Positions 1-10,289 of a stretch of DNA of 64,000 nt are shown here, one piece after another; position 1 is the first letter of the stretch; the number at the start of each line of letters is the position of its first letter. The translations under genes were made by a program, and so were the position numbers. Source of the DNA: Mobula birostris (lineage: Eukaryota); assembly GCF_030028105.1 (NCBI RefSeq), contig NC_092382.1, forward strand, positions 98,224,699 to 98,288,698. The letters are read 5' to 3'. The notes below the pieces were generated by a model that had not been told where the DNA came from, made no database searches, and saw only the letters and a program-made list of their open reading frames with translations.

Positions 1-301
1 TCCATTCAAGAGTCGGGTAACCAAGGCAAAGAAGCTGCTGGATGGGTAACCGGAGCCCTTTATGTCCAACGGCTGCTTTACGGAGGAAACACGGTTTATG
101 GACAGAGGGGGTGTTTGGGCGATGTGCTGAGCTGTGCGCAGGTCTGTCTTGGGTTTCCTGCCATCAACTGCAGAACAGGTGCTATAACAGGCTGTTATTC
201 ACCAAAGCCTTTATGCTTCTCGGTGAGATATCTGAGAGACCAGGAGCCCGCGCAGAAAGCCAGCCGAGTGCTGCCCGTTCGTGACAGAAAGGGGCAGCCG
301 T

Positions 302-1370
302 GCACATAAAAGTTGCTGGTGAACGCAGCAGGCCAGGCAGCATCTGTAGGAAGAGGTGCAGTCGACGTTTCAGGCCGAGACCCTTCGTCAGGACTAACTG
401 AAGGAAGAGTGAGTAAAGGATTTGAAAGTTGGAGGGGGAGGGGGAGATCCAAAATGATAGGAGAAGACAGGAGGGGGAGGGATGGAACCAAGAGCTGGAC
501 AGGTGATTGGCAAAGGGGATATGAGAGGATCATGGGGCAGAAGGTCCGGGAGGAAAGACAAGGGGGGGGACCCAGAGGATGGGCAAGGGGTATATTCAGA
601 GGGACAGAGGTACACAAAGGAGAGTGAGAGAAAGAATGTGTGTATAAAAATAAGTAACAGATGGGATACGAGGGAGAGGTGGGGCATTAGCGGAAGTTAG
701 AGAAGTCAATGCTCATGTCATCAGGTTGGAGGCTACCCAGACGGAATATAAGGTGTTGTTCCTCCAACCTGAGTGTGGCTTCATCTTTACAGTAGAGGAG
801 GCCGTGGATAGATATGTCAGAATGGGAATGGGGTGTGGAATTAAAATGTGTGGCCACTGGGAGATCCTGCTTTCTCTGACGGACCGAGCGTAGGTGTTCA
901 GCAAAGCGGTCTCCCAGTCTGCGTCCAGTCTCGCCAATATATAAAAGGCCACATCGGGAGCACCGGATGCAGTATATCACCCCAGCCGACTCACAGGTGA
1001 AGTGTTGCCTCACCTTGAAGGACTGTTTGGGGCCCTGAATGGTGGTAAGGGAGGAAGTGTAAGGGCATGTATAGCACTTGTTTCGCTTACACGGATATGT
1101 GCCAGGAGGGAGATCAGTGGGGAGGGATGGGGGGGACGAATGGACAAGGGAATTGCGTAGGGAGCGATCCCTGCGGAATGCAGAGGGAGAGGGGTAGGGA
1201 AAGATGTGCTTAGTGGTGGGATCCCGTTGGAGGTGGCGGAAGTTACGGAGAATAATATGTTGGACCCGGAGGCTGGTGGGATGGTAGGTGAGGACCAGTG
1301 GAACCCTATTCCTAGTGGGGTGGCGGGAGGATGGAGTGAGAGCAGATGTTAGGCAAAAGGGATAGCCGTA
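302..1370 (-). mobile_element. Penelope-like retroelement 3' fragment (GIY-YIG endonuclease remnant plus pLTR region)
   Basis: ORF 687-1013 reads VIYCIRCSRCGLLYIGETGRRLGDRFAEHLRSV (GIY-YIG with CxxC). It is followed by a purine-rich tract and a hammerhead motif. A similar copy lies at 31360-32030. Confidence 0.85.
360..395 (-). ncRNA. Minimal type I hammerhead ribozyme motif of the Penelope-like element
   Basis: Minus strand reads AGTC-CTGACGA-AGG(gtctcgg)CCT-GAA-ACGT-C-GACT. This gives stem I AGTC/GACT, the conserved CUGANGA and GAAA boxes, a palindromic ACGT stem III and a GUC cleavage triplet. Confidence 0.8.
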
Positions 1371-1382
1371 TACGGTCTGGTG

Positions 1383-1396
1383 CTGCCACCTAGTGG
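1383..1396 (-). promoter_or_regulatory. CTCF-binding motif CCACTAGGTGGCAG, 35 bp behind a V RSS nonamer
   Basis: Exact match to the CCASYAGRKGGCRS consensus. Confidence 0.75.
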
Positions 1397-1431
1397 TACA
1401 ACGTGAAGCTCACTGCGCTTGGCTGGAAGGT

Positions 1432-1645
1432 TTTTTTTGCAGTGGGAGACTCGTTATCTGAAGTTCTGTGCCGTACTACAAGCGCAGTAGTAGACGGCAG
1501 AGTGGGAGGCCGATGCGTGTCCCAGTTCCAGTTTGAACAGAGTGCTGCTGGGTCTTGCCGCCGTGTAGGAATCGGATGTGTAGTTTTCAACCGAACCTTG
1601 TCCAACAGGATAGAAGACAGCATCTATTGTCCGGTCCCATCGCAA
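1432..1645 (-). pseudogene. TCR V segment (family B, 'CACS'), 5'-damaged, with 23-RSS
   Basis: Translation ...FYPVGQGSVENYTSDSYTAARPSSTLFKLELGHASASHSAVYYCACS. Heptamer CACAGAA 1470-1464, 23-nt spacer, nonamer GCAAAAAAA 1440-1432. FR1, WYRQ and leader not recognisable. Confidence 0.8.
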
Positions 1646-1799
1646 CTCCTTCCTCTTTCTACCCCATCACAGTTGAATCGGGTAATGGATATCATAGCGA
1701 GTAGGGTATAATAAGAGATCCTTTTAATTCCTCACGTCACCCTGTCATCCTTTTATGGGCAGAGGCCGCCGACAGCTGATCATCAGAGCACCCTGTCCT

Positions 1800-2270
1800 G
1801 GAGCAGACGGTCAATTTGCCCCCAGGTGTGGCTTATCTTTAAAAATGCTCCTTCTCCCCGGGGTGAGTACTTTGGAGAATCTGTTGGTGTTCCCGTACCT
1901 CTGCGTTTAACGGGGTGGAAATACGAGCCCCCATGCCCAACCCTACTCCATTCCTCAGCCTATGAAGGACTCTTCATTTCATGTGCCATGTGTTTCTCGT
2001 CACGTTATCGGTCGCACTCAAAAGTGACGATCCACCCGTGCTGAAGATCGGTGAGAAGACTGCACATAAGGAAGGATGGAGAGGGAAGATCGGTGCACGG
2101 ATTATCTCTTCCCATTTGAATGCTTAACGGAGAACATGAAAAGTTGTACCACTGCCCCTTCTTTCACTGATTTGCCGCTACGGCGCGCACGACAGATCAT
2201 AGACCCAACCCACACTATGATTGACAGGAGTCGTGTTTCCTGTTTTGCTTACAGCAGCGAGTACTCTAAC
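1800..2270 (-). pseudogene. Highly degenerate V-like relic (family X) with its own CCAAT/ETS-type promoter
   Basis: Block repeated at 2990-3470, 11260-11640 and (promoter only) 8050-8185. Frameshifted remnants such as Q..P....G..VTFEC and NRFS....FLKISH. Many stops. Confidence 0.45.
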
Positions 2271-2603
2271 GCTGCCCCTTCACTCTGAAGGTCACCTTCT
2301 GGCCGGCAGTTCCGGAGAAAGCCGGCGTCTGGAGGATGGTCACTGAGGTTGTGTCTGGAAATAAGACACGGGGGGGAGGCAGAACGTGTTGAATGAAAAC
2401 GGTGTCGCCAGTCAATGGGAAAGGCGAGAAAGAGTGTGCATTGAGGGAAGCAAAGAGGATGATGGAGGTCGGAAAATCTCTAGAGGCAATGGGAATTTAC
2501 GGGGTACGATAGAACGAGAGGAAGGCAGAGATGGAAGAAAAATAATATTTGTTAATTTTCACTCACAGTGCAATTCGAGAATGAAGTGCAGAAACAGAAA
2601 CAT
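2271..2603 (-). pseudogene. TCR V (family A) with an internal deletion: leader + FR1 joined directly to the RSS spacer
   Basis: Leader 2567-2603 (MFLFLHFILELH, GTGAGT donor). AG acceptor before 2354, TTSVTILQTPAFSGTAGQKVT, then TCAGAGTGAAGGGGCAGC (spacer of paralogous RSSs). Heptamer and nonamer both missing. Confidence 0.85.
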
Positions 2604-2693
2604 CCATCTTGAAGGGCTATTTGTCTCAGTCATGATAGTGCGAGCAGCAGAGAAATAATCGATTCACTTCAGGCCCCGATTGTTACTAATACC

Positions 2694-2736
2694 AGTGACG
2701 TAGGTGTGTTACGCAAGCAAAGATTGGCCACGCCCC
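2694..2736. promoter_or_regulatory. V promoter module: CRE-like AGTGACGTAG + CCAAT box + CACGCCCC GC box
   Basis: Motifs at 2694-2703, 2723-2727 and 2729-2736, ~90-130 bp upstream of the leader ATG. Conserved in paralogues. Confidence 0.65.
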
Positions 2737-2989
2737 TTCCATGCTCCAACCCGTTCCGCGGGGTGTGCTGATTCCTCTCGAACATGTTGACCACACTACA
2801 CACTCTCTCTGTTGCTCTTCCCGCCTTTCACTGTCTCTTTCTTCATCTCCCCTCGGTTTATTTAAGCTCCCAATTCTCTTAAATTTCTGAAAGCTACACA
2901 ACAGGTGAAAGAAGACGGGAATACTTCACCTCCATTTCAATGAAGCCAATAGTCTGTAATAATTAGGGCCACATGATTATCCTTATGAA

Positions 2990-3470
2990 ACATCATGGGT
3001 TCCGTACAGAGCAGGTGTGGACCACCTTCGAAGACCATTCCTCTCCCTGGTGTGATCACTATGGAGAATCTGTTGGCGTTCTTGTACCTCTGCCTTTTCT
3101 GTGATAGATCTGGGAGCCCCATGCGCATCTCCCCTCCATCACACAGCCCTTGGAGGACTCTTCAGTTCAGGAGTTCATGATCGACGTGTTTCTCGTCACA
3201 TTATCGGTCGCACTCAAAAGTGACGAGAAAACCCGTACTGAAGATCGGCGAGAAGATTGCACATAAGGAAGGATGAGTGGGAAGATCGGTGCCCGGTTTC
3301 TCTTCACCCATCTGAATGCTTCAGTGGAGGACGTGAACAGCTGTACCACCGCCCCTTCTTTCACTGATTCGCCGCTACGGCGCGCACGACTGAATGATAG
3401 ACCCACCGCCACCATATGATTGGCATGAGTCGTGTTTCCTGTTTCGCTGACAGAAGAGAACTCTCTGACG
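2990..3470 (-). pseudogene. Degenerate V-like relic (family X), second copy
   Basis: Paralogous to 1800-2270 and lies immediately behind the RSS of the V at 3515. Confidence 0.45.
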
Positions 3471-3475
3471 GTGAG

Positions 3476-4155
3476 AGTTTTTGTTCGGCTGCCCCGTCAC
3501 TCTGAGCCGCCGTGAACACTCTAGGCGCAGAAATACACGGCCTCCGCATTCGCCTCCAGTTTGTCGGACTTCAGGAAGAACTCGTTGCTCTAGGGTCTCT
3601 CCACCGTAAAACCGCCGACCAATCCTTCTGGCCTAACATGTTCAGCTGTCGACAAGTAAAACATGTTTTCCGGACCCTTTCCCGGGTATTGTCGGTGCCA
3701 GTACTATTCGTTACGTGCACTGGTGCTATCCTCCACTGTGCAATTCAGGGTCACCTTCTGGCCGGCAGTTCCGGCGAAAGCCGGCGTCTGGTGGATTGTC
3801 ACCGAGGTCGCGTCTGGAAAAAAGAGACGGGCTTGGCTGAACGGGGAAAGGGGAAGCAGGGACGGGGAGCAATCGGGATGGGGATAAACAGGGTGCACTG
3901 AAGGAAGCAAACAAGATGACTGTGGTAGGGGACATTTCTAGAGGAGATCGGAATTTAATGGCGGCGGCACAGGCCTGATCGTCTGCGGATGTGAGGGTTC
4001 GTAAATAAATAACGAATGAGTCCGAGAGAACGGGAGGGGAAAGCAAGTGGAACGAACGTGAAAGGAAGACACAAGTGGAGAATGAAAAAAATAATAATAT
4101 TTGGGAACTTTCACTCACGGCGGAAGGCGAGGATGAATTGCAGAAACAGAAACAT
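3476..4155 (-). pseudogene. TCR beta-like V pseudogene (family A, TRBV30-like)
   Basis: Leader 4119-4155 (MFLFLQFILAFR), V exon 3515-3813: ATSVTIHQTPAFAGTAGQKVTLNCTVEDS..*YWHRQYPGKGPENMFY..GFTVERP*SNEFFLKSDKLEANAEAVYFCA*. Three in-frame TAG stops. RSS CACGGCG(3514-3508)-23-ACAAAAACT(3484-3476). Confidence 0.92.
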
Positions 4156-4246
4156 CTTCCTTGGAGGGTTTACTCTCTGAGTGGTGAAAGTGGTGCGGGC
4201 GGCAGAGACGAATTCATTCACTTCCACCCGGTTTGTTACATAACCC

Positions 4247-4290
4247 AGTGACGCAGGTGGATTTGAGGACGTAGCAATTGGACACGCCCC
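4247..4290. promoter_or_regulatory. V promoter module (AGTGACGCAG, ATTGG, CACGCCCC)
   Basis: Same layout as 2694-2736, upstream of leader ATG 4155. Confidence 0.6.
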
Positions 4291-4412
4291 TTCCATCAAC
4301 CCGATTCGTGGGGTGTTCTGCTTCCGGTCTAGAAACTTGGCCACACAACCGACTCGCTCTGTCTCTGTCCCCTTCCCACCCTCTCCCTTTATTCCTCTCC
4401 CCGTTTAGATCA

Positions 4413-4414
<2 letters not shown>

Positions 4415-4466
<52 letters not shown>
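4415..4466. repeat. (GT)n microsatellite
   Basis: Direct reading. Confidence 0.95.
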
Positions 4467-4468
<2 letters not shown>

Positions 4469-4722
4469 CGGAAATCTACACAAACCGGTGAAAGACGGCG
4501 GATCACAATTCACGTTCTGTCGATAAACGGACCGCACACTGTACCATCTGAAACACTTTGTATCCTGCAAGGATCAGTCTCCGCAGAAAATCTCTCTCTT
4601 TCTCAGGCTTTCTTTCTCTCTATCGATGTCCTTCCTTCCACCTCTGGCTCTTAGCGCTTGTTGCGACCCTGTCGAAAGTGAAGGTCACCTTACGCAAACA
4701 ATTTGCTGCCTTTAATCGTTTT

Positions 4723-4736
4723 CCGCCCCCTAGTGG
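4723..4736 (-). promoter_or_regulatory. CTCF motif CCACTAGGGGGCGG behind a degenerate V end
   Basis: Consensus match, same orientation as the other copies. Confidence 0.7.
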
Positions 4737-4779
4737 TAGCAGGCTGAGCCTTCACATGTCGCTCAGCCTCCAATCGAGC

Positions 4780-5327
4780 TCAATAGCAGCGAGTTGGCGA
4801 GAGCAGGCCTAGAAGGAAGAGCAGATTTTCCTCATGTATCTAACCTAAAGGATATGTGCCCCTGCACATCTTGATGCTCTTACCAGGCTCCAGGCTAAAA
4901 TAATTTTTATTACAAACTGCTATTCTGTGATACTCTCCTTGGTAGACAGACCATGCATGAATCAATTCAACTCTTTCCTGTCAGGGTCGGAAAGCTGGAA
5001 TCTGGTGGATCGTCACCGGGGTCACATCTGAAGAAGAGAGTGGGAGTGAAAAGAGGTGAGCATGTGGAATGCGAGAACGACGGTGTAGAGAAGGGGAAGG
5101 ATTGAAGCCGGGGTATTTTCTGGTGGCGGTCAGTATGGAGAGTTTCCGACGAAGAAAAATCAGAGGGAGAATGGAAATGGGGGGAGAAAAGCGCAGATTG
5201 AGACAGAAAAGGCACAGGACGAGAGGAAGCGAGGACTACCCTAGGGTAAAGAGAGGAAGAAGTTTTGGCAAAGTTTTCCCTCACAGTGGAAGGAGAAGGA
5301 AACGATCACGTGCAAAAGCAGCAACAT
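4780..5327 (-). pseudogene. Chimeric V pseudogene: family-A leader/FR1 fused to the 3' half of a different degenerate V (family E)
   Basis: Leader 5285-5327 (MLLLLHVIVSFSFH), acceptor before 5027, VTPVTIHQIPAF. At ~4985 it switches to sequence paralogous to 9850-10030. Confidence 0.7.
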
Positions 5328-5610
5328 CTCCCCTGGAGGTTTATTCCGTCCCAAGTGAAACTGTTGTGTCCAGGAGCAATGAATCCACTCACTTCAGTCC
5401 CGCTTGTCATGTAACTCAGTGACTTAATTGGGCATTGGTGATACGGATGGCCACGCCCCCTGCTTCTTTTGGCCAATCAGAATCGAGGCATGCGGAGTTA
5501 TAATTTGCCATGTTATCATTGCACCTTCTTGACTTACCAAATCCGTCTCCCATCGATAGACAAGTGTTGATTGACTCGCTGCATTCTCTTCTTCCTTATC
5601 TGTCTTTCTT

Positions 5611-5654
<44 letters not shown>

Positions 5655-5744
5655 TATGCTGACCATGGTGGATTTCAATATGGAAGGAAACGTTGAAATC
5701 GAATGGAACACGGACAGCAGAAGCTGGCAGTTTATTGTTCCTGT

Positions 5745-5887
5745 CAGGTGCCTGGAGTTGGGCGAAGAATGAATCGATGAACTGGCCAACGGAGATCCCG
5801 TATTCCGGTGTTATCGATTGGAAAAGTGCTCTGAGTGATAATTAGTACAGAGAGAGCAGAGTGCAGGGTCGAAGCTGTTGGCCCAGG
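5745..5887 (-). pseudogene. Degenerate V-like relic (family D), cut by an assembly gap
   Basis: Paralogous to 14720-14890, which reads PGEKLRTC..LYK*SLRALF.SI..NGEIP. Confidence 0.4.
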
Positions 5888-6039
5888 NNNNNNNNNNNNN
5901 NNNNNNNNNNNNNNNNNNNNNNNNNNNNNNNNNNNNNNNNNNNNNNNNNNNNNNNNNNNNNNNNNNNNNNNNNNNNNNNNNNNNNNNNNNNNNNNNNNNN
6001 NNNNNNNNNNNNNNNNNNNNNNNNNNNNNNNNNNNNNNN
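5888..6039. other. Assembly gap (N run)
   Basis: Ns. Confidence 1.
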
Positions 6040-6221
6040 CTACTAATGCTCACACCTCTCATAACTTTCATATCGGTGTATCACTTTATTTATTTATCTT
6101 GATATGTATCTGAGTATTTATGTCTGAATTAACAGATCTCATTACGCAAGTTATGATCGATGATTTGCTTTATTTGTCCCATCCACATGGAACGTCAAAG
6201 ACCATCACGTTTTTGTCTGTA

Positions 6222-6354
6222 TAGATAGATCGATAGACAGTGAGATAGGTAGATAGATAGATAGATAGTTTGATTGATTGATTGATTGATTGATAGATAG
6301 ACAGACAGGCAGTTAGATAGACAGATAGATGTGCAGTTAGATAGATAGATAGAT
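6222..6354. repeat. (GATA)n/(GATT)n microsatellite
   Basis: Direct reading. A paralogous tract lies at ~15220-15340. Confidence 0.9.
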
Positions 6355-6649
6355 AATCCAAAATGACTGACTATAAACGTTTAATCATAGAACTCTATTC
6401 TCGTTCTTGTTCTGCTCGCCCGAAACACATCCCAGCTCTATAAAGGCTCCAATGGATGAAGTCGATGTTGTCAAGTGTTTCCCACGTCGCACAGTCTACC
6501 TGTGACTCAGCCTTCACTTTGATCCTCTGTGATTATCAATGGATCAGAGATAATTAAAGAAAGCTGAAACACGCGAAGGCGTGCAGTGCAGGGAAAGGTG
6601 TATGAAAGGCACGGTCCTGTGCTTCGGAGCTGTGAAACGCAATCTGCTA

Positions 6650-6663
6650 CTGCCCCCTAGTGG
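6650..6663 (-). promoter_or_regulatory. CTCF motif CCACTAGGGGGCAG, 39 bp behind the RSS nonamer
   Basis: Perfect consensus match. Confidence 0.8.
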
Positions 6664-6702
6664 TGCGAATCTGCTTACGAAGCTCCCAGCTACAGGGCAG
6701 AA

Positions 6703-6865
6703 GGTTGATGTCACACCAGATTCGGCTTGTCTCGCTCTGTGCACTAATACCAGTACAGAAGAAAACATCGAAGTGGGAGGGCGAGGCGATTTTCACTTCC
6801 AGTTTGAGCAGTGTGCTGTTCGTTCTCGTGGCGTGTAGGACTCGGTCGTGTAATTCGTGGCGAAC
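6703..6865 (-). pseudogene. 3' remnant of a family-B V with 23-RSS
   Basis: NYTTESYT..NSTLLKLEVKIASPSHFDVFFCTGIS (frameshifted). CACAGAG(6741-6735)-23-ACATCAACC(6711-6703). The 5' part is replaced by LINE sequence. Confidence 0.8.
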
Positions 6866-6929
6866 ATCAGCAAGCTAAATTTAAGGGGACCCCGACCCGG
6901 ACCATAACAGTCTCCTTCTGTAGCCATCG

Positions 6930-7410
6930 TGTTTCCTTAAATGTGTCTGTCCTTTCTGCTGTCCGCTAATTTGACCAGAAAGCCTTCAATTCCGTCATCC
7001 AAATCATTGAAGGACAACTGATAAAGAACTGTTCCCAAGGCTTTCAGCACTAGTCATTTGTAGCCAAATAGAGAAAGTTCTCTTTATTCTCACTCTTTTC
7101 CTCCTACCAATCACTCAATGCTCTATCAACACGAGTCTCGTTCATGTAATGCCATGGGCCGATGATAAACATCTTCCTGTGTGGCACCTTGTCCAATGCT
7201 TTCTGAAAATCCAAGTACACGGCATCCACGATTCTCCTTTGTCAATGCGGGTTATTTATTGAAAGAAGACCACCAGATTTGTCAGACAGGCTTTTCATTG
7301 CAACACACCATATTGACAGCCACCTATGAATGTGCCTCCAAGTACACCGAAACCACATCCTTTACCATCGATTCCAATATCTTCCCAGCCACTGAGGTCA
7401 GAGTAACTGC
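6930..7410 (-). mobile_element. CR1-type LINE RT fragments
   Basis: Degenerate RT-coding text (reverse complement of ..VDAVYLDFQKAFDKVPH.., ..NDLDDGIEGFLVK..). Boundaries approximate. Confidence 0.75.
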
Positions 7411-8187
7411 CCTATAATAAATGGGATTAGGTTACAACCAGCATTGAACATATAACTTTTGATGGACCAGGACAGTACGGGTTGTTCTGTCGTCGATCTT
7501 GCACCGACATTATACCATGCTCAAAGATTACTCTAACTCTTTCGTAAAACGTTAGTCCTTCATTTATTTCTATCACCGTAATGATATGGGCCTTGAGTTT
7601 GGAAATTGGATTGTCTTAAATAGAACAGGGAACATAAGACCGTGACACATAGGAGCAGAATATGACATTGTGCTTGCGGCGCTTTGGCATGTTTCGCGTG
7701 TTTTCCAGGTTTCCTGCATCTATTTAAAACCCCGAGGTCGGCTGACACCCCCAAAAACTGTCACCTCCAGCGATCGGTGAACGCGTAGATCAATATCCCG
7801 CTGTTCCTCCAAAGTACGCCGTGTTCTGCCCTTCACGCTGTGTGCTGTACCCTTGTTAACCTATCTCTCCCCGTCTCTTCACAATCCCCATTATCCAGCC
7901 CTCTCCTGTCTTCGTACACCGTGAACACTCTGTCGCCACCATTCACAGTGTGTGTGTCCTACCCTTGTATACCGAGGCCCATCTTGTCCCTCGACACTCC
8001 CCACCATGAACAGTGTGTGTCTTCATCCATGTGATTGCTTAATAAGGGGAAGAAATCGCTCCGCCCCTTCTTTCACTGATTGGTTGTTACGGCGCAGCGC
8101 CTGACCGAGAGACCCTCCTCCCACCCGGAGATTGACAGACGTCGCGTTTCCGGTTCAGCTGCCAACAGCGACGCTGCTGACAGTGAG

Positions 8188-8841
8188 AGTTTTTGTACAG
8201 CTCCCCCGTCACTCTGAGCCGCAGAAATACACGACCGACGGATTAGCTTCCAGTTTGTCGGATTTCAGGAAGAATTCGTTGGTCTGCGGTCTCTCCGCCG
8301 TGAAACCGGCGACCAATTCTTTTGGGTAAACGGATTTAGCCATCGTTGAGTAAAAGATGTTCTCCGGACCCTTTGCCGGGTATTGTCGGTACCAGTACAA
8401 CCTGTCAGTAGCACTCCTGATACCGTCCACTGTGCAATGCAGGGTCACGTTCCAGCCGGGAGATCCGGAGAAAGCCGGCGTCTGGTGGATCGTCACTGGG
8501 GTCGTGTCTGCAGAAGAGAATGGCAGGGCAGCAGAGGGAGGTGAATTTACTGGAAAGATGTAGAATTACTGATGGCGAAAACGAGCGTGTACCGAAGAAA
8601 AGTACTATTAGGAGGTTTGAAGGTGGAGCTTGTGGCGAGGCGATCGGAATTGAGAACAGGCGGAAGAGAGAAGACCGGGAGGGTGTAGAAATTCACAGAG
8701 GCAAGCACACAATGACCGGGAACGTTAATGGTGGAGAGGAAATTTAGGGTTACGAGAAAGGAAGGGAGGGAGACAAACAGAAAGAGTATGCAAATTTCCC
8801 TCACGGTGGAAATAGACGATCAGCTGCAGAGACAGGGTCAT
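8188..8841 (-). pseudogene. Family-A V with intact leader and open frame but RSS heptamer deleted
   Basis: Leader 8805-8841 (MTLSLQLIVYFH). V exon 8220-8507 is open: TTPVTIHQTPAFSGSPGWNVTLHC..LYWYRQYPAKGPENIFYS..GFTAERPQTNEFFLKSDKLEANPSVVYFC. Cys104+G abuts a full 23-nt spacer (8219-8197) and ACAAAAACT (8196-8188). Confidence 0.9.
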
Positions 8842-9163
8842 AAATCATGGATATTTACTCTCCCACTATTGAAAATGGTGTTTCGTGGAGCAGAGAATCC
8901 ACTCACTTGCGGGTGAGGCAGAACGGGTAAAGAAAACGGAGACGCGGGTCAACGGGGGAGGGGAAAAAAAGGGTGCCTCGAAGGAAGCAGAGAGGTGACC
9001 GAAGTCGGGAATTTTTTTACAGGAGATCAGAATTTAGAGGCGGAAAGTGCGCGGACGCGAGGGCTGGTAACTCAACAATAATGAGTCCAAGACGACAACT
9101 GAAGGGAATGTGACAGGAGGACAGAAGTGAAGAAAATATATATATTTGGGAACGTTCACTTAC

Positions 9164-9203
9164 AGCGGAAGCCGAGGATGAACTGCAGAAACAGAAACAT
9201 CAT
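9164..9203 (-). pseudogene. Orphan family-A leader exon (promoter + leader + partial intron, no V exon)
   Basis: MMFLFLQFILGFR with GTAAGT donor and CRE-like AGTGACGTAG at 9292-9301. The intron runs into the promoter of the 8.8-kb leader at ~8910. Confidence 0.8.
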
Positions 9204-9793
9204 CCTTGGAGGGTTCACTCTCTAAGTGATGAACGTTGTGCGTGAAGCAGAGACGAATCCGCTCACTTCAATCCAGATCGTTGCATATCTCAGTGACGTA
9301 GGTGGATTTACGGAAATAACTACTGGCCCCACCCCTTCCACTCTCCAACCCGATTCGACGGATGTGCTGGTCTCGCTCTACCATGTTGACCAAACAACAC
9401 ACTCTCTCATTTGCTCATCCCGCCCTCCCTCTCTCGTTCGTCACCACACCCCACCCCACGTTATCTTACTGTGTGCGATTTATTTAAGCTTCCAAAATCA
9501 TTGCAGTTTCCGAGATCTACATGACAGGTGCAAGAAGAGGGGCCACATGTGGCCTTCCTTTCGCTGAAACCAAGATTCTCTTGTGATGATGGCCACTCGA
9601 TTAAGCTTATAATTTGCCCTGAGCAGCATTCGGCATGAAATCTCTCTCTTTCCCTCTGTGCCTCAGCCTCTACCTCTGACTCTTAACACTAGATTCAACT
9701 TAGTCGAAGAAAGAAAAAATCACCTCGAAACAAATAATGTGTCCCTTTTCAAACCCTTCGAAATATCCAGCCTAAATTTAACCACAGTGCTTG

Positions 9794-9807
9794 CCGCCCT
9801 CTAGTGA
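9794..9807 (-). promoter_or_regulatory. CTCF-like motif TCACTAGAGGGCGG behind a degenerate V end
   Basis: Near-consensus, same orientation, in a context paralogous to 4723. Confidence 0.6.
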
Positions 9808-9840
9808 TGGCAGCCTGTGCCTTCACTGCTCGCTGGATTG

Positions 9841-10033
9841 CATAGTGGTTGACAGAGCAGAACTATAAGGAAGACAATATTCTTCTCCAGTATCTAACCT
9901 CAAGGATGTGTGTCCATGCGCATCCTCGTGCTTTTAGGTTCCAGGCTGAAATCATTTGTCTTACTACCTTCTTCTCTGTATTACTCTGCTTTACAGGTGT
10001 ACTGAACATGAATCAAATTTAACTCTTTCCTGG
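9841..10033 (-). pseudogene. Degenerate V relic (family E) with heptamer-like CACTATG and no nonamer
   Basis: PGKS*..FMFST.....ISA.....ILEV....SS.*FCSVN then CACTATG (9847-9841). Confidence 0.5.
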
Positions 10034-10289
10034 GTTCAGTGAGCTGAATCCCTCCGCAAGCAAAGGCATGAAGTGCGAAGGTGCGATCTGGCGTATACCT
10101 TCGTCAACTGAGCTGTCACGCCGAATATAGGGCAACCAGCCGCTGACTGACAGCAGACATTTCCTGCCTTTAACGGCGGAATAATTCTCGCTCAGCTACT
10201 TTGTCACCTCTCCAATTTCAGCTTATCCTTTTTTCAGGGGACAAAAAGGTCTTACAATACTCCAAACGATGCCTCACCGGTATTTTATA

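Noticed and set aside
195-700. Pro/Ser- or Gly/Arg-rich ORFs, and similar ORFs across microsatellites (4214-4654, 17109-17967)
   Set aside because: Low-complexity by-products of Penelope purine tracts and simple repeats.
5811-6113. ORFs spanning N runs (also 32412-32737)
   Set aside because: Artefacts of assembly gaps.
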